A DNA stretch of 64,000 nt, taken from an uncultured Planctomycetales bacterium. Lineage in GTDB: Bacteria > Planctomycetota > MHYJ01 > JACPRB01. Positions 18,688 through 29,206 of the stretch are shown one piece after another. The translations under genes and the position numbers were made by a program. Numbering within the stretch: the first letter of the stretch is position 1; every line of letters begins with the position of its first letter. A model generated the notes under the pieces. That model searched no databases and had not been told where the DNA came from. It saw nothing but the letters and a program-made list of their open reading frames with translations. The stretch is from contig CAZUJF010000004.1 of the NCBI GenBank assembly GCA_964619955.1, forward strand, positions 74,595-138,594, read 5' to 3'.

Positions 18688-21402
18688 ATGATCACGATCG
18701 ACGAGATCCGCGAGCGCTACCTCGACTTCTTCAAGAAGCGCGGCCATACCGCGTATCCGTCGGACTCCCTCGTGCCGTCCAACGACCCCTCCCTGCTCTT
18801 CACCGGCGCGGGCATGAACCAGTTCAAGGACATGTTCCTCGGCCGCGGCACGCTGCCCTTCAAGCGCGCCACCACCTCCCAGAAATGCCTCCGCACCGGC
18901 GACCTCGAGAGCGTGGGCCGCACGAGCCGCCACCACACCTTCTTCGAGATGCTCGGCAATTTCTCCTTCGGCGACTACTTCAAGCGCGAGGCCATCCACT
19001 GGGCCTGGGAGTTCGCCACCAAGGAGATGAAGATCCAGGGCGACCGGCTCACCATCTCCGTCTACAAGGACGACCCCGAGGCCTACACGATCTGGAACGA
19101 GGAGATCGGCATCCCCGCGGAGCGCCTCAAGCGCCTCGGCGAGGCCGACAACTTCTGGCCCGCCAGCGCCCCCAGCCAGGGCCCCAACGGCCCCTGCGGA
19201 CCCTGCAGCGAGATCTACTACGACTTCGGCGCGAAGTACGGCTGCGGCTCCCCGGACTGCTCCATCACCTGCGGCTGCAACCGCTACGTCGAGATCTGGA
19301 ACCTCGTCTTCACCCAGTTCGACCGGCAGGACGGCGGCGCGCTGCCCCCGCTCCCCCAGAAGAACATCGACACCGGCGCCGGCCTCGAACGCTGGGGCGC
19401 CGTCCTCCAGGGCGTCCATTCCAACTACGAAACCGACATCTTCCAGCACATCATCGGCGCCGCGTCGCAGATCGTCGGCGTGAAATACGAGCCCGGGACG
19501 GAGACCTCCTCCCGGCTGCGGCGCATCGCCGACCACGTGCGCGCCCTGACCTTCTGCATCGCCGACAACGCCCTCCCCGACAACACGGGGCGCGGCTACG
19601 TCGTCCGCCGCATCCTCCGCACCGCGCTGCGCGACGGCGTCCAGCTCGGCCACGACGAGCCCTTCCTGAACAAGCTCGTCCTCCCCGTCCTCGACGTGAT
19701 GAAGCGCGGCTACCCCGCCCTCGTCGAGCGCCGCGACTTCGTCGAGAAGGTCGTCAAGAGCGAGGAGGAGAAGTTCCTCCGCACCCTGGAAAAGGGCAAC
19801 GAACTGATCAACGAGGCCGTCCAGCGCCTGCGCAAGGAAGGCCGGGACACGCTGGCCGGAGAGGACGCCTTCCGCCTCTACGACACGTACGGCTTCCCCA
19901 TCGAGATGACCGAGCAGATCATCCGCGAACAGAAGCTCAAGGTCGACCGCGTGGGATTCGAGAGGCTGCTCGAAGCCGGCTCCAAGAAGAGCGCCATGTT
20001 CGCCGACGACATCTTCGGCAAGGGCGCGTTCGGACAGATCAAGGAGCAGAAGGCCCCCGTCACCACGTTCATCGGATACGGCATCCCGGTCGCCGATCTC
20101 GCGAAGCCCGTCGAGGCCTCGGTGCTGCGCATCATCAAGCTCGGCGACCGGAAGGAATACGACGCCTCCAAGAAGGACGCCAACGCCTTCACCCGCCTGC
20201 TCAATGCCGGCTCGCTGGTCGACAGCGCCGCGGCCGGCACCGACGTCGCGGTCCTGCTCGACCGCACCCCCTTCTACGGCGAGGGCGGCGGCCAGGCCGG
20301 GGATCGCGGGTCGCTGCTCGGCGACGGGCTCTCCGTCGGCATCGAGGACACCCGCAAGCCGGACGGCTACTACCTGCATCTGGGGCGGGTCGGCAAGGGC
20401 GTCTTGAGGGCCGGCGCGAAGGTCCACGCGGTGCTCGACAGCGTCCACCGGCTCGACATCATGCGCAACCACACGGGCACGCACGTCCTGCAGGCCGCCC
20501 TGCGCGCCGTGCTCGGCTCCCACGTCCAGCAGGCGGGCTCCGTGGTCGAGGCGGACCGCCTCCGCTTCGACTTCTCCCACTTCCAGGCCGTCACGCCGGA
20601 GGAGATCCGGAAGATCGAGGACTGGGTCAACCGGGTGGTCTTCGAGGATTCGGCCGTCCAGAAGGCCGAGATGTCCATCGACGAGGCCAAGGCGAAGGGC
20701 GCCATCGCGTTCTTCGGCGAAAAATACGGGGACCGGGTGCGCGTGGTCACGGTCGGCGGCGACGTCTCCATCGAGCTCTGCGGCGGCACGCACCTGGAGC
20801 ATGCGGGGACCATCGGCGGCTTCCGCATCACGGCGGAGAGCTCGATCGGGAGCGGCATCCGGCGCATCGAGGCGGTGACGGGCGCGAAGGCCGTCGAGCT
20901 CGGCCGGGCCAGCGAGGCGCTGCTCGGCGAACTGTCGCAGCTGCTCAAGGCCCCGCGCACGGACCTGGTGAAAAAGGTCCAGAAGGTCGTCGAGGAGCTG
21001 GGACGGCTCAAGTCCCGCGCCGGCAGCGCCGCCGCCCAGGGAAGCGGCGAGATCGCCCTGAAGGAATTGGGCGCCGAGAAGATCGCGGCCCAGCACCTCG
21101 CCGGCTCCACGGTGGACGAGCTGCGCCAGGTCATGGACGGGCTGATCCAGAAGAAGAAGGTCGCGGCGGCCATCCTCGCGGGGGGCTCCGAAAAACCCGT
21201 GTTCGTCATCGGCGTGCGCGAGGATCTCGTCAAATCCAAAGGCCTGAAGGCCGGCGACCTGGCGAAGGAGATCGGCAGGGCCTGCGGCGGGGGCGGCGGC
21301 GGGCGGGAGACCCAGGCGCAGGCCGGGGCCTCGGACGCCTCCAAGATCCCGCTGGGTTTCGAAACCTTTGAAAGTCTCGTCCGGCAGAAGCTCGGAAGCT
21401 GA
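18688..21402 (+). CDS. alaS: Alanine--tRNA ligase
   Basis: Class II aaRS motifs, 'HHTFFEMLGNFSFGDYFK', editing-domain HxxxH/CxxxH, C-terminal DHHA1-like region. About 905 aa from the Met at 18688. Confidence 0.95.
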   Translation: MITIDEIRERYLDFFKKRGHTAYPSDSLVPSNDPSLLFTGAGMNQFKDMFLGRGTLPFKRATTSQKCLRTGDLESVGRTSRHHTFFEMLGNFSFGDYFKREAIHWAWEFATKEMKIQGDRLTISVYKDDPEAYTIWNEEIGIPAERLKRLGEADNFWPASAPSQGPNGPCGPCSEIYYDFGAKYGCGSPDCSITCGCNRYVEIWNLVFTQFDRQDGGALPPLPQKNIDTGAGLERWGAVLQGVHSNYETDIFQHIIGAASQIVGVKYEPGTETSSRLRRIADHVRALTFCIADNALPDNTGRGYVVRRILRTALRDGVQLGHDEPFLNKLVLPVLDVMKRGYPALVERRDFVEKVVKSEEEKFLRTLEKGNELINEAVQRLRKEGRDTLAGEDAFRLYDTYGFPIEMTEQIIREQKLKVDRVGFERLLEAGSKKSAMFADDIFGKGAFGQIKEQKAPVTTFIGYGIPVADLAKPVEASVLRIIKLGDRKEYDASKKDANAFTRLLNAGSLVDSAAAGTDVAVLLDRTPFYGEGGGQAGDRGSLLGDGLSVGIEDTRKPDGYYLHLGRVGKGVLRAGAKVHAVLDSVHRLDIMRNHTGTHVLQAALRAVLGSHVQQAGSVVEADRLRFDFSHFQAVTPEEIRKIEDWVNRVVFEDSAVQKAEMSIDEAKAKGAIAFFGEKYGDRVRVVTVGGDVSIELCGGTHLEHAGTIGGFRITAESSIGSGIRRIEAVTGAKAVELGRASEALLGELSQLLKAPRTDLVKKVQKVVEELGRLKSRAGSAAAQGSGEIALKELGAEKIAAQHLAGSTVDELRQVMDGLIQKKKVAAAILAGGSEKPVFVIGVREDLVKSKGLKAGDLAKEIGRACGGGGGGRETQAQAGASDASKIPLGFETFESLVRQKLGS

Positions 21403-21499
21403 GCCAGGAGCCGGGTTTTTGCTTGAAAGTCCCCCCTGCATCCGCTAGGATTCCCCCTTCGAAAAGCGGGGGGGACGGAGTAACTCGGGAGCGATTGTT

Positions 21500-21682
21500 A
21501 TGCCTCTGCCAAAAAGAAAACTCGCGAAGTCATGGCGCGGATGTCGTCGGTCGCACGACCACGTCCATGTCGTGAACCTCTCGACCTGTCCCCGCTGCAA
21601 CCAGCCGAAGATGTCTCACCGGGTCTGCGGCACCTGCGGGTATTACAAGGGCGAGATGGTCGTCAACATGAAGAGCCTGTAG
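21500..21682 (+). CDS. rpmF: 50S ribosomal protein L32
   Basis: 'MPLPKRKLAKSWRGCRRSHDHV' L32 signature with a C4 zinc ribbon. Confidence 0.9.
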   Translation: MPLPKRKLAKSWRGCRRSHDHVHVVNLSTCPRCNQPKMSHRVCGTCGYYKGEMVVNMKSL

Positions 21683-21710
21683 TTCCGGCGCCCCTCTCGC
21701 ATCAGCACCG

Positions 21711-22742
21711 ATGCGTATCGCCATTGACGGCATGGGCGGGGATCACGCGCCCGACGAAATCTTGTCGGGCGCGGTGGAGGCCGCCAAAAAACATCCGGAG
21801 GCTACTCTGCTCCTGGTCGGGCAGAAGGAACGCCTGTCGAAACAGCCCCTCCCTCCGAACATCCAGATCATCCACGCCGCCCAGATCGTGGAGATGAAGG
21901 AGGAGCCGGTCAAGGCCCTCCGGACCAAGCCCGACTCCTCCCTGCGCGTCGCCATGACCCTGGTCAAGGAGGGCAAGGCGGACGCGGTCATCTCCGCGGG
22001 CAACACCGGCGCGATGGTCGCGGGCGCGATCTTCCCCCTCTTCGGGCTCGGCAATCTCGAGGGGGTCAAGCGACCCGGGATCGCGATCCCCATGCCCGTC
22101 GAAGGCGGCACCTGCGCCATGATCGACATGGGCGCGAACCCCAACGCCAAACCGATGCATCTGGTCCAGTACGCGGTGATGGGGTCCGAATACATCCGCT
22201 ACCTGCGCCCCGAGATCAAGGTCCCGCGCGTGGGCATCCTCAACATCGGCGAGGAGTCCCACAAGGGGACGGAGCTCCATCGCGAGACGTTCGCGCTCCT
22301 GGAGAAGGCGCACCTCAACTTCAAATTCGTCGGCAACATCGAGCCGCACCGGATCTACGGCGGGGAGGCGGACGTCGCGGTCTGCGACGGCTTCTCCGGA
22401 AACCTGGCCCTCAAGATGGCGGAGGGCGTGAAGGAGTTCATCGTCCGGGGCTTCTCCGACGGCGGCGGAGGCGTGGACCTCCAGGAGGCCGCCCGGCGCG
22501 CCACCGCGCGCCTGGACTATTCGGCCTACGGCGGAGCCCCCATCCTGGGCGTGCGCGGCATCGTCATCAAGTGCCACGGCCGATCGAAGGCGCTGAGCAT
22601 CACGAACGCGGTCACCTCGACCGCGGGTTTCATCAAAGGCCGCCTGAACGACCACATCGTGGAGGAACTGCGGAAACTCGCCAAGAGCGGGGAGTCGTGG
22701 TACTCCAAGTGGTTCAAGGGCGCTAAGGAAGACGAGACATGA
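21711..22742 (+). CDS. plsX: Phosphate acyltransferase PlsX
   Basis: 'MRIAIDGMGGDHAP' N-terminus and full-length PlsX similarity. Canonical rpmF-plsX-fabH synteny. Confidence 0.95.
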   Translation: MRIAIDGMGGDHAPDEILSGAVEAAKKHPEATLLLVGQKERLSKQPLPPNIQIIHAAQIVEMKEEPVKALRTKPDSSLRVAMTLVKEGKADAVISAGNTGAMVAGAIFPLFGLGNLEGVKRPGIAIPMPVEGGTCAMIDMGANPNAKPMHLVQYAVMGSEYIRYLRPEIKVPRVGILNIGEESHKGTELHRETFALLEKAHLNFKFVGNIEPHRIYGGEADVAVCDGFSGNLALKMAEGVKEFIVRGFSDGGGGVDLQEAARRATARLDYSAYGGAPILGVRGIVIKCHGRSKALSITNAVTSTAGFIKGRLNDHIVEELRKLAKSGESWYSKWFKGAKEDET

Positions 22743-23716
22743 GGGTCAAAATCCTCGGCACGGGCTCCTTCGTCCCGCCCCGCATCATCACGAACAAGGA
22801 CCTCGAGAAGGTCGTCGACACCAACGACGAATGGATCGTCGAACGCACGGGCATCCGGGAGCGGCACGCCGCCGACCCGGGCGTCCCCACCTCCGAGATC
22901 GCGGCGCAGGCGGGAAGGCGCGCCCTCGAAGCGGCGGGCGTCTCCCCCACCATGGTGGACACCATCATCGTGGCGACCAGCTCCCCCGACCGCATCGTGC
23001 CCCCGACGGCGGTCTACGTTCAGGAGAAGCTCGGCTGCTGGAACGCGGGCTGCTACGACCTCGTGGCGGCCTGCACCGGCTTCGCGTACGGGCTGTCCTC
23101 CGGCCGCGCCTACATCTCGAGCGGCCAGTCCAAGTGCTGCCTGGTGATCGGCGCCGAGGAGCTCACCAAGATCACCAACTACAAGGACCGCGGGACCTGC
23201 ATCCTCTTCGGCGACGCCGCCGGCGCGGTCGTGATGGGGCCCTCCGACGGGGAGAGCGACATCCTCTACAGCCGCATGGGCTGCGACGGGCGCCTCGCCG
23301 ACCTCATCATCACGCCGGCCTTCGGGACGGCCGTGCCGATGACGGCGGAATCCCTCGAGAAGGGCGAGCACTTCCTCCAGATGAAGGGGCGCGACGTCTA
23401 CAAATTCGCGGTGCCCAAGTTCGTCGAGATCATCCAGTCGGCCCTGCAGGCCGTCGACCTCAAGCTCTCCGAGGTGGACCACTTCATCCCGCACCAGATG
23501 AACGCGCGGATGATCGAGTCCGTCGCCGAACGCCTCAAGCTGCCGAGGGAGAGGATCGTCATCAACATCCAGCACTACGGCAACACCTCCGCGGCCTCCA
23601 TCCCGCTGGCCCTGGACGAGGCCGTCCGCTCCGGCCGCGTGAAACGCGGCGACGTCGTCGTCATGAGCGCCATGGGCGCGGGCATCACCTGGGGCACCGT
23701 GGTGCTCCGGTGGTGA
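22739..23716 (+). CDS. fabH: 3-oxoacyl-ACP synthase III
   Basis: Cys-His-Asn triad context ('CTGFAYGL', 'HQMNARM', 'GNTSAASIP'). Confidence 0.95.
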   Translation: MRVKILGTGSFVPPRIITNKDLEKVVDTNDEWIVERTGIRERHAADPGVPTSEIAAQAGRRALEAAGVSPTMVDTIIVATSSPDRIVPPTAVYVQEKLGCWNAGCYDLVAACTGFAYGLSSGRAYISSGQSKCCLVIGAEELTKITNYKDRGTCILFGDAAGAVVMGPSDGESDILYSRMGCDGRLADLIITPAFGTAVPMTAESLEKGEHFLQMKGRDVYKFAVPKFVEIIQSALQAVDLKLSEVDHFIPHQMNARMIESVAERLKLPRERIVINIQHYGNTSAASIPLALDEAVRSGRVKRGDVVVMSAMGAGITWGTVVLRW

Positions 23717-24600
23717 GCGTCGCCTACGTCTTCGCCGGGCAGGGCTCGCAATCCGTCGGCATGGGGAAGGACCTCGCCGCCGCCTTTCCGGCGGCCCGGG
23801 ACCTCTACGACCGCGCCTCGAAGATCCTCGGCTTCGACCTGGCCCGCGTCTGTTTCGAGGGGCCGGCGGAGGAGCTCAACCGCACCGACCGCTGCCAGCC
23901 CGCCCTCCTCGTCCACGGCATCGCCTGCCTGGAGGTCGCGAAGGCGAAGGGGCTGCCCCCCGCCGAGGCCGCCGCGGGGCTCTCGCTCGGCGAGTACACG
24001 GCCCACGTCTATGCGGGCTCGCTCACGTTCGAGGACGGCGTCCGGCTGCTCCAGAAGCGCGGCCAGTACATGCAGGAGGCCTGCGACCGCACGCCTTCGG
24101 GCATGATCTCGGTGCTGGGCCTGGACCGCGCCAGGGTCGAGGAGGCCCTCAAGGGCCAGGGCGACGTCGGTCTCGCGAACCTGAACTGCCCCGGCCAGAT
24201 CGTGATCAGCGGGGAGAACGGCGCGCTCGAGAAGGCGGCCGCCCGCTGCAAGGAGCTCGGCGCCAAGCGCACGCTGCCCCTGAAGGTCGCGGGCGCCTAC
24301 CATTCCGTGGTGATGCGCCCGGCGCAGGAGCAGATGCAGCGGGAGCTGGCGGCCGTCGCGATCTCCCGGCCGCGCATCCCCGTCGTCGCCAACGTCAACG
24401 CCCGGCCGATGAGCGACCCGGAGGAGATCCGGGCCGCGCTCGCGACCCAGATCTGCAGCCCGGTCCTCTGGGAGGACAGCATCCGCTCCCTCGGAGCGGC
24501 GAAATATTTCGAGTTCGGCCCGGGCAGGGTGCTCGCGGGCCTCATCCGCAAGACCGACGAAAAGGCCGAGGTCGTCTCGATCGAAGGCGCGGCCTCTTGA
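23713..24600 (+). CDS. fabD: Malonyl-CoA:ACP transacylase
   Basis: 'VFAGQGSQ' and 'GLSLGEYTA' active-site Ser motif. GTG start overlaps the fabH stop (GTGA). Confidence 0.9.
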   Translation: MSVAYVFAGQGSQSVGMGKDLAAAFPAARDLYDRASKILGFDLARVCFEGPAEELNRTDRCQPALLVHGIACLEVAKAKGLPPAEAAAGLSLGEYTAHVYAGSLTFEDGVRLLQKRGQYMQEACDRTPSGMISVLGLDRARVEEALKGQGDVGLANLNCPGQIVISGENGALEKAAARCKELGAKRTLPLKVAGAYHSVVMRPAQEQMQRELAAVAISRPRIPVVANVNARPMSDPEEIRAALATQICSPVLWEDSIRSLGAAKYFEFGPGRVLAGLIRKTDEKAEVVSIEGAAS

Positions 24601-24610
24601 AGGAGCCGGC

Positions 24611-25348
24611 ATGAACATCGACCTGAGCGGACGCAGCGCGCTCGTGACCGGCGCCAGCCGCGGCATCGGCCGCGAGATCGCCCTCGCCCTCGCCGCCGCG
24701 GGGGCGAAGGTCGCCTGCGTCGCCACGAACGAGGCGCTGCTCGCGGAACTCACGGCGCGGATCGGCGCCTCCGCGATCGCGCTGAAATGCGACGTCTCCA
24801 AGGCCGCCGAGGTGGAGGCCGCCGTCGAGAAGGCCGCCGCCGCCTTCGGAGGCCTGGACATCCTCGTCAACAACGCGGGCGTCACCCGGGACAACCTGCT
24901 CCTCCGCATCAAGGAGGAGGACTGGGACGCCGTGCTCGACACGAACCTCAAGGCCCCCTACCTGTTCATCAAGGCCGCGGGCCGCTTCCTCATGCGCTCC
25001 AAGGCCGGCCGCGTGATCAACATCGCGAGCGTCTCCGGCATCCTGGGGAACGCCGGGCAGGCGAACTACAGCGCGTCCAAGGGCGGCCTCGTCTCGCTCA
25101 CGAAGACCGCGGCCCGGGAGTTCGGCTCGCGGGGCGTGACGGTCAACGCCGTCGCCCCGGGTTTCATCAAGACGGACATGGCCGCCAAGGTCGACCCCAA
25201 GGTCATCGAGGGCGTGGTGGCGAGCCTGCCCCTCAAGCGTCTCGGCGAGGCCCGGGAGATCGCCGCCGCGGTCTCCTTCCTCGCCAGCGATCTCGCCGCC
25301 TACATCACGGGGCAGGTCCTCGTGGTGGACGGCGGCATGGCGATGTAG
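24611..25348 (+). CDS. fabG: 3-oxoacyl-ACP reductase
   Basis: '[13 protein letters not shown]' Rossmann motif, 'NYSASKGG' catalytic YxxxK. Confidence 0.95.
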   Translation: MNIDLSGRSALVTGASRGIGREIALALAAAGAKVACVATNEALLAELTARIGASAIALKCDVSKAAEVEAAVEKAAAAFGGLDILVNNAGVTRDNLLLRIKEEDWDAVLDTNLKAPYLFIKAAGRFLMRSKAGRVINIASVSGILGNAGQANYSASKGGLVSLTKTAAREFGSRGVTVNAVAPGFIKTDMAAKVDPKVIEGVVASLPLKRLGEAREIAAAVSFLASDLAAYITGQVLVVDGGMAM

Positions 25349-25370
25349 GAGGGCCCCTCCGGGCCGCCGA

Positions 25371-26918
25371 ATGAACGACGACAAGCAGGCTCACCTGGAC
25401 CGCCTCCGCAAGAAGGCCCAGGAGGGGGGCGGCCCCGAAAAGATCGCCCGCCAGCACCAGGCGGGCAAGATGACCGCCCGCGAGCGCATCAGCCTCCTCG
25501 TCGACGAGGGCTCCTTCGACGAGATCGACGCCTTCGTCGAGCACAGCGCCACGCACTTCGGGATGGGCTCGAAGAAGTTCCCGGGCGACGGCGTGGTGAC
25601 CGGCTTCGGCCGCGTCGACGGCCGCCCCGTCGGCGTCTTCTCCCAGGATTTCACGGTGCTCGGCGGCTCCCTCGGGCTCGCCCACGCGCGCAAGATCTGC
25701 AAGATCCAGGACCAGTGCCTGAAACTCGGCATCCCCATCATCGGGCTCTGCGACTCGGGCGGCGCGCGCATCCAGGAGGGCGTCGAATCCCTCGGGGGCT
25801 ACGCGGACATCTTCCTGCGCAACACGATGGCCAGCGGCGTCATCCCCCAGATCTCCGTGATCCTGGGCCCCTGCGCGGGCGGCGCGGTGTACTCCCCCGC
25901 CATCACCGACTTCGTCTTCATGGTCCAGGGCGTGAGCTACATGTTCGTGACGGGCCCGAACGTCATCAAGGAGGTCACGCACGAGAAGGTGTCGTTCGAG
26001 GACCTCGGCGGCGCGGCGGTGCACAACGAGCGCAGCGGCGTGGCGCATTTCAATTCGAAGAGCGAGCCGGAATGCCTGCAGGCCGTCCGCCAGCTGCTCT
26101 CCTACGTCCCGCAGAACAACCTCGAGGAACCGCCCACCGTGCCCACGGGCGACGACCCCGTGCGGCGGGACCGGCGCCTCAACTCCATCGTCCCCGACAA
26201 CGCGATGAAGCCCTACGACATGCGCGAGGTGCTCGCGAGCGTCATGGACAACGGCACCTTCTTCGAGGTGCAGAAGGACTACGCCCGGAACATCCTCGTG
26301 GGCTTCGGCCGCCTGAACGGCCGCCCGGTCGGGATCGTCGCCAACCAGCCCGCCCACCTCGCCGGCTGCCTCGACATCGACAGCTCGCAGAAGGCCGCCC
26401 GCTTCATCCGCTTTTGCGACGCGTTCAACGTCCCGATCCTGACGTTCGAGGACGTGCCGGGCTTCCTGCCGGGCGTCACCCAGGAGCACGGCGGCATCAT
26501 CCGCAGCGGCGCCAAGCTGCTCTACGCCTACTGCGAGGCCACCGTCCCCAAGATCACGGTGATCACACGCAAGGCCTACGGCGGCGCCTACGACGTCATG
26601 AACTCGAAGCACATCCGCGGCGACATGAACTTCGCCTGGCCCACGGCGGAGATCGCCGTGATGGGGCCCGAGGGCGCCGTGAACATCGTCTTCAAGGACG
26701 AGATCGAGAAGTCCAGGGATCCGAAGAAGACCCGGGAGAAGCTCATCGCGGAATACCGGGCGAAGTTCGCGAACCCCTACATCGCCGCGCAGAAGGGCTA
26801 CGTGGACGACGTCATCGAGCCGGCCGACACCCGCCGCCGCCTCATCAAGGCGCTGGAGCTCCTGAAGACCAAGCGGGACCGGAATCCGCCGCGCAAACAC
26901 GGGAACATCCCCCTCTAG
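25371..26918 (+). CDS. Acyl-CoA carboxylase carboxyltransferase subunit (propionyl-CoA carboxylase beta / methylmalonyl-CoA carboxyltransferase 12S type)
   Basis: Full-length similarity to PccB/12S, with two crotonase-like halves, 'GGSLG' and '[12 protein letters not shown]' motifs. Confidence 0.85.
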   Translation: MNDDKQAHLDRLRKKAQEGGGPEKIARQHQAGKMTARERISLLVDEGSFDEIDAFVEHSATHFGMGSKKFPGDGVVTGFGRVDGRPVGVFSQDFTVLGGSLGLAHARKICKIQDQCLKLGIPIIGLCDSGGARIQEGVESLGGYADIFLRNTMASGVIPQISVILGPCAGGAVYSPAITDFVFMVQGVSYMFVTGPNVIKEVTHEKVSFEDLGGAAVHNERSGVAHFNSKSEPECLQAVRQLLSYVPQNNLEEPPTVPTGDDPVRRDRRLNSIVPDNAMKPYDMREVLASVMDNGTFFEVQKDYARNILVGFGRLNGRPVGIVANQPAHLAGCLDIDSSQKAARFIRFCDAFNVPILTFEDVPGFLPGVTQEHGGIIRSGAKLLYAYCEATVPKITVITRKAYGGAYDVMNSKHIRGDMNFAWPTAEIAVMGPEGAVNIVFKDEIEKSRDPKKTREKLIAEYRAKFANPYIAAQKGYVDDVIEPADTRRRLIKALELLKTKRDRNPPRKHGNIPL

Positions 26919-26921
26919 ACC

Positions 26922-28403
26922 ATGTTCAAGAAAGTGCTCGTCGCGAACCGGGGCGAGATCGCGCTGCGCGTGATCCGGGCCTGCAAGGAGCTCGGCATCC
27001 GCACGGTCGCGGTCTACAGCGAGGCGGACCGCTGGGCCAACTACGTCTCCCAGGCGGACGAGTCGTACGCGCTGGGCCCCGCGCCCGCCAAGGAGAGCTA
27101 CCTGCGGATCGACAAGATCCTCGAGGTCGCCCGGCGCTCCGGCGCCCGGGCCGTGCACCCCGGCTACGGGTTCCTCTCCGAGAACGCCGAGTTCGCGCGG
27201 GCCTGCTCCAAGGCGGGCGTGAAGTTCATCGGGCCGAAGGCGGATTCCATCCGCGCCGTGGGCAACAAGATCGAGGCGCGCAAGGTCGCCCAGAAGCTGG
27301 GCGTCCCGGTCGTCCCCGGCATCTCGGGGCAGGTCGACGAGGCCCAGGCGCTGGCCTTCGGGAAGAAACACGGCTACCCCATCCTCCTCAAGGCGGCCGG
27401 GGGCGGCGGCGGCAAGGGCCTCCGCCTCGTCCGCGAGGCGAAGGAGACCGCGCGGGCCCTCCGCGAGGCGGCGAGCGAGGCGGGCAGCGCCTTCGGCGAC
27501 AGCACCGTCTTCGTCGAGCGCTACATCAGCCGCCCGCGCCACGTCGAAATCCAGGTCTTCGGGGACTCGAAGGGCCGCGTCGTCCACCTCGGGGAGCGCG
27601 AGTGCTCCATCCAGCGGCGCCATCAGAAGCTCGTCGAGGAGAGCCCCTCGGTCGCCGTCGACGCGAGGCTGCGCGAGCGCATGGGCGAGACGGCCAAGAA
27701 GATCGTGAAGTCCGTCGGCTACGAGAACGCGGGCACCTGCGAATTCCTGCTCGACGGAAACGGCAGATTCTACTTCCTCGAGGTGAACTCGCGCCTCCAG
27801 GTGGAGCATCCCGTCACCGAGCTCGTCACGGGCCTGGACCTCGTGCAGTGGCAGCTGCGCGTCGCCGCCGGCGAGGGTCTCCCGGCGAAACAGGACGAGA
27901 TCCGCTGGCGGGGGCACGCGATCCAGACCCGCGTCTGCGCGGAGGACCCGTTCATGAACTTCGCGCCGTCGACGGGCGAGGTCGCGGCGGTCCGCTTCCC
28001 CTACGGCCCCTTCACGCGGGTGGACAGCGACCTGGTCCGCCGCGCGCAGGTCACGGTCTACTACGATTCGCTGCTGGCCAAGCTGCTGTCCTGGCACGAG
28101 ACCCGCGAGGGCGCGGTGGACCGCATGATCCGGGCCCTGCGGGAGTTCAAGATCGTCGGCGTGCAGACCACGATCCCCTTCCACCTCCAGCTCTTCCAGA
28201 ACCGGAGCTTCCGCGCGGGCCGGATTCACACGCACTTCATCGACCAGGAGTTCGACTTCAAGGACGTGAAGGAGGCGCACCGGGAGGAGGCCTCGCTGAT
28301 CGCCGCCGCCCTGGAATTCATGAGGCGCGAGCAGATGACGCCGAAATACGCCAGCCCGCGGCCGCTGCCGCCCTGGCGCACGGCCTTCCGGGAGGACCGA
28401 TAG
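26922..28403 (+). CDS. accC: Biotin carboxylase (ATP-grasp)
   Basis: 'KVLVANRGEIALRVIRA', ATP-grasp motifs, about 490 aa biotin-carboxylase-only architecture. Confidence 0.9.
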   Translation: MFKKVLVANRGEIALRVIRACKELGIRTVAVYSEADRWANYVSQADESYALGPAPAKESYLRIDKILEVARRSGARAVHPGYGFLSENAEFARACSKAGVKFIGPKADSIRAVGNKIEARKVAQKLGVPVVPGISGQVDEAQALAFGKKHGYPILLKAAGGGGGKGLRLVREAKETARALREAASEAGSAFGDSTVFVERYISRPRHVEIQVFGDSKGRVVHLGERECSIQRRHQKLVEESPSVAVDARLRERMGETAKKIVKSVGYENAGTCEFLLDGNGRFYFLEVNSRLQVEHPVTELVTGLDLVQWQLRVAAGEGLPAKQDEIRWRGHAIQTRVCAEDPFMNFAPSTGEVAAVRFPYGPFTRVDSDLVRRAQVTVYYDSLLAKLLSWHETREGAVDRMIRALREFKIVGVQTTIPFHLQLFQNRSFRAGRIHTHFIDQEFDFKDVKEAHREEASLIAAALEFMRREQMTPKYASPRPLPPWRTAFREDR

Positions 28404-28406
28404 GCC

Positions 28407-28910
28407 ATGAAATTCTTCACCCACTCCGGCGGCAGCGACTTCGAGATGGACATCCAGCCGGACCGGGACCGCCTCGTGGTCCGGATCGGCGGACGCGAGG
28501 TCGTCATCGTTTTCGACGACGTCAGCGGGAGCATCCGCACGGCGTTCGTGGGGGATCGCCGCCTGGACTTCGGCTGGCGCCGCCACGACGGCACCTACAC
28601 GCTGCAGATCGAGGGCATCGAATACGAGATCGTCGTCCGCGACCCGAAAATGGAACTGCTCTCGCGCATGGTGGCCCGTCCCGGGGAGGCGGAGGGGGCG
28701 GCCGAGGTGCGGGCGCCCATCCCCGGACTCATCAGCAAGGTGCTGCTCAAGACGGGGGAGCCGGTCCGGCAGGGCCAGCCCGTGCTCTGCCTCGACGCCA
28801 TGAAGCTCGAGAACGAGATCGCCGCCCCCCGGGACGGCGTCCTGAAATCCATCGCCGTCCAGCCGGGGCAGCCCGTGGAAAAAGGCCAGTCCCTTTTCGT
28901 CGTGGGGTGA
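28407..28910 (+). CDS. Biotin carboxyl carrier protein (biotinyl domain)
   Basis: C-terminal biotinyl/lipoyl domain with 'LCLDAMKLENEIAAP' (biotinyl-Lys in an AMK context). Confidence 0.75.
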   Translation: MKFFTHSGGSDFEMDIQPDRDRLVVRIGGREVVIVFDDVSGSIRTAFVGDRRLDFGWRRHDGTYTLQIEGIEYEIVVRDPKMELLSRMVARPGEAEGAAEVRAPIPGLISKVLLKTGEPVRQGQPVLCLDAMKLENEIAAPRDGVLKSIAVQPGQPVEKGQSLFVVG

Positions 28911-28913
28911 GTC

Positions 28914-29165
28914 ATGCCCGTGAACTGTCCTGACTGTTCCCGGCCCCTGGCCGCCGGCGCCCGGAAGTGCGTCTATTGCGGGCACGGCACCCAGGTCCGC
29001 GCGAAGCCCACGCTCAACATCCCCAAGGGCCCTGCGCCGAAGCCCCGTCGCGGAAGCCTTCCCTGGGGCCGCATCCTCCTCGTCCTGCTGCTGGCGGGGG
29101 CGGCCGCGGCGGCGCTGCTGCATCCGGAACTCAACGCGAAACTGAAGTCGCTGCTGCCCCGCTGA
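28914..29165 (+). CDS. Small zinc-ribbon membrane protein (hypothetical)
   Basis: CPDC...CVYC ribbon followed by one TM helix '[16 protein letters not shown]'. Tightly packed in the carboxylase/mutase cluster. Confidence 0.4.
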   Translation: MPVNCPDCSRPLAAGARKCVYCGHGTQVRAKPTLNIPKGPAPKPRRGSLPWGRILLVLLLAGAAAAALLHPELNAKLKSLLPR

Positions 29166-29206
29166 GCGGCTTCCCCGATCCGCCCCGCTGCCGTATAATC
29201 CCCGCG

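Noticed and set aside
21403-21499. CCCCCTTCG-aaaa-GCGGGGGGG hairpin between alaS and rpmF
   Set aside because: Not followed by a U-tract, so it cannot be called an intrinsic terminator with confidence. It could be an RNA-processing or attenuator structure, but the evidence is insufficient.
29193-29198. TATAAT hexamer 8 nt upstream of the mutase ATG
   Set aside because: No acceptable -35 at a 16-18 bp spacing. Likely chance, since the mutase is probably co-transcribed with the upstream carboxylase genes.
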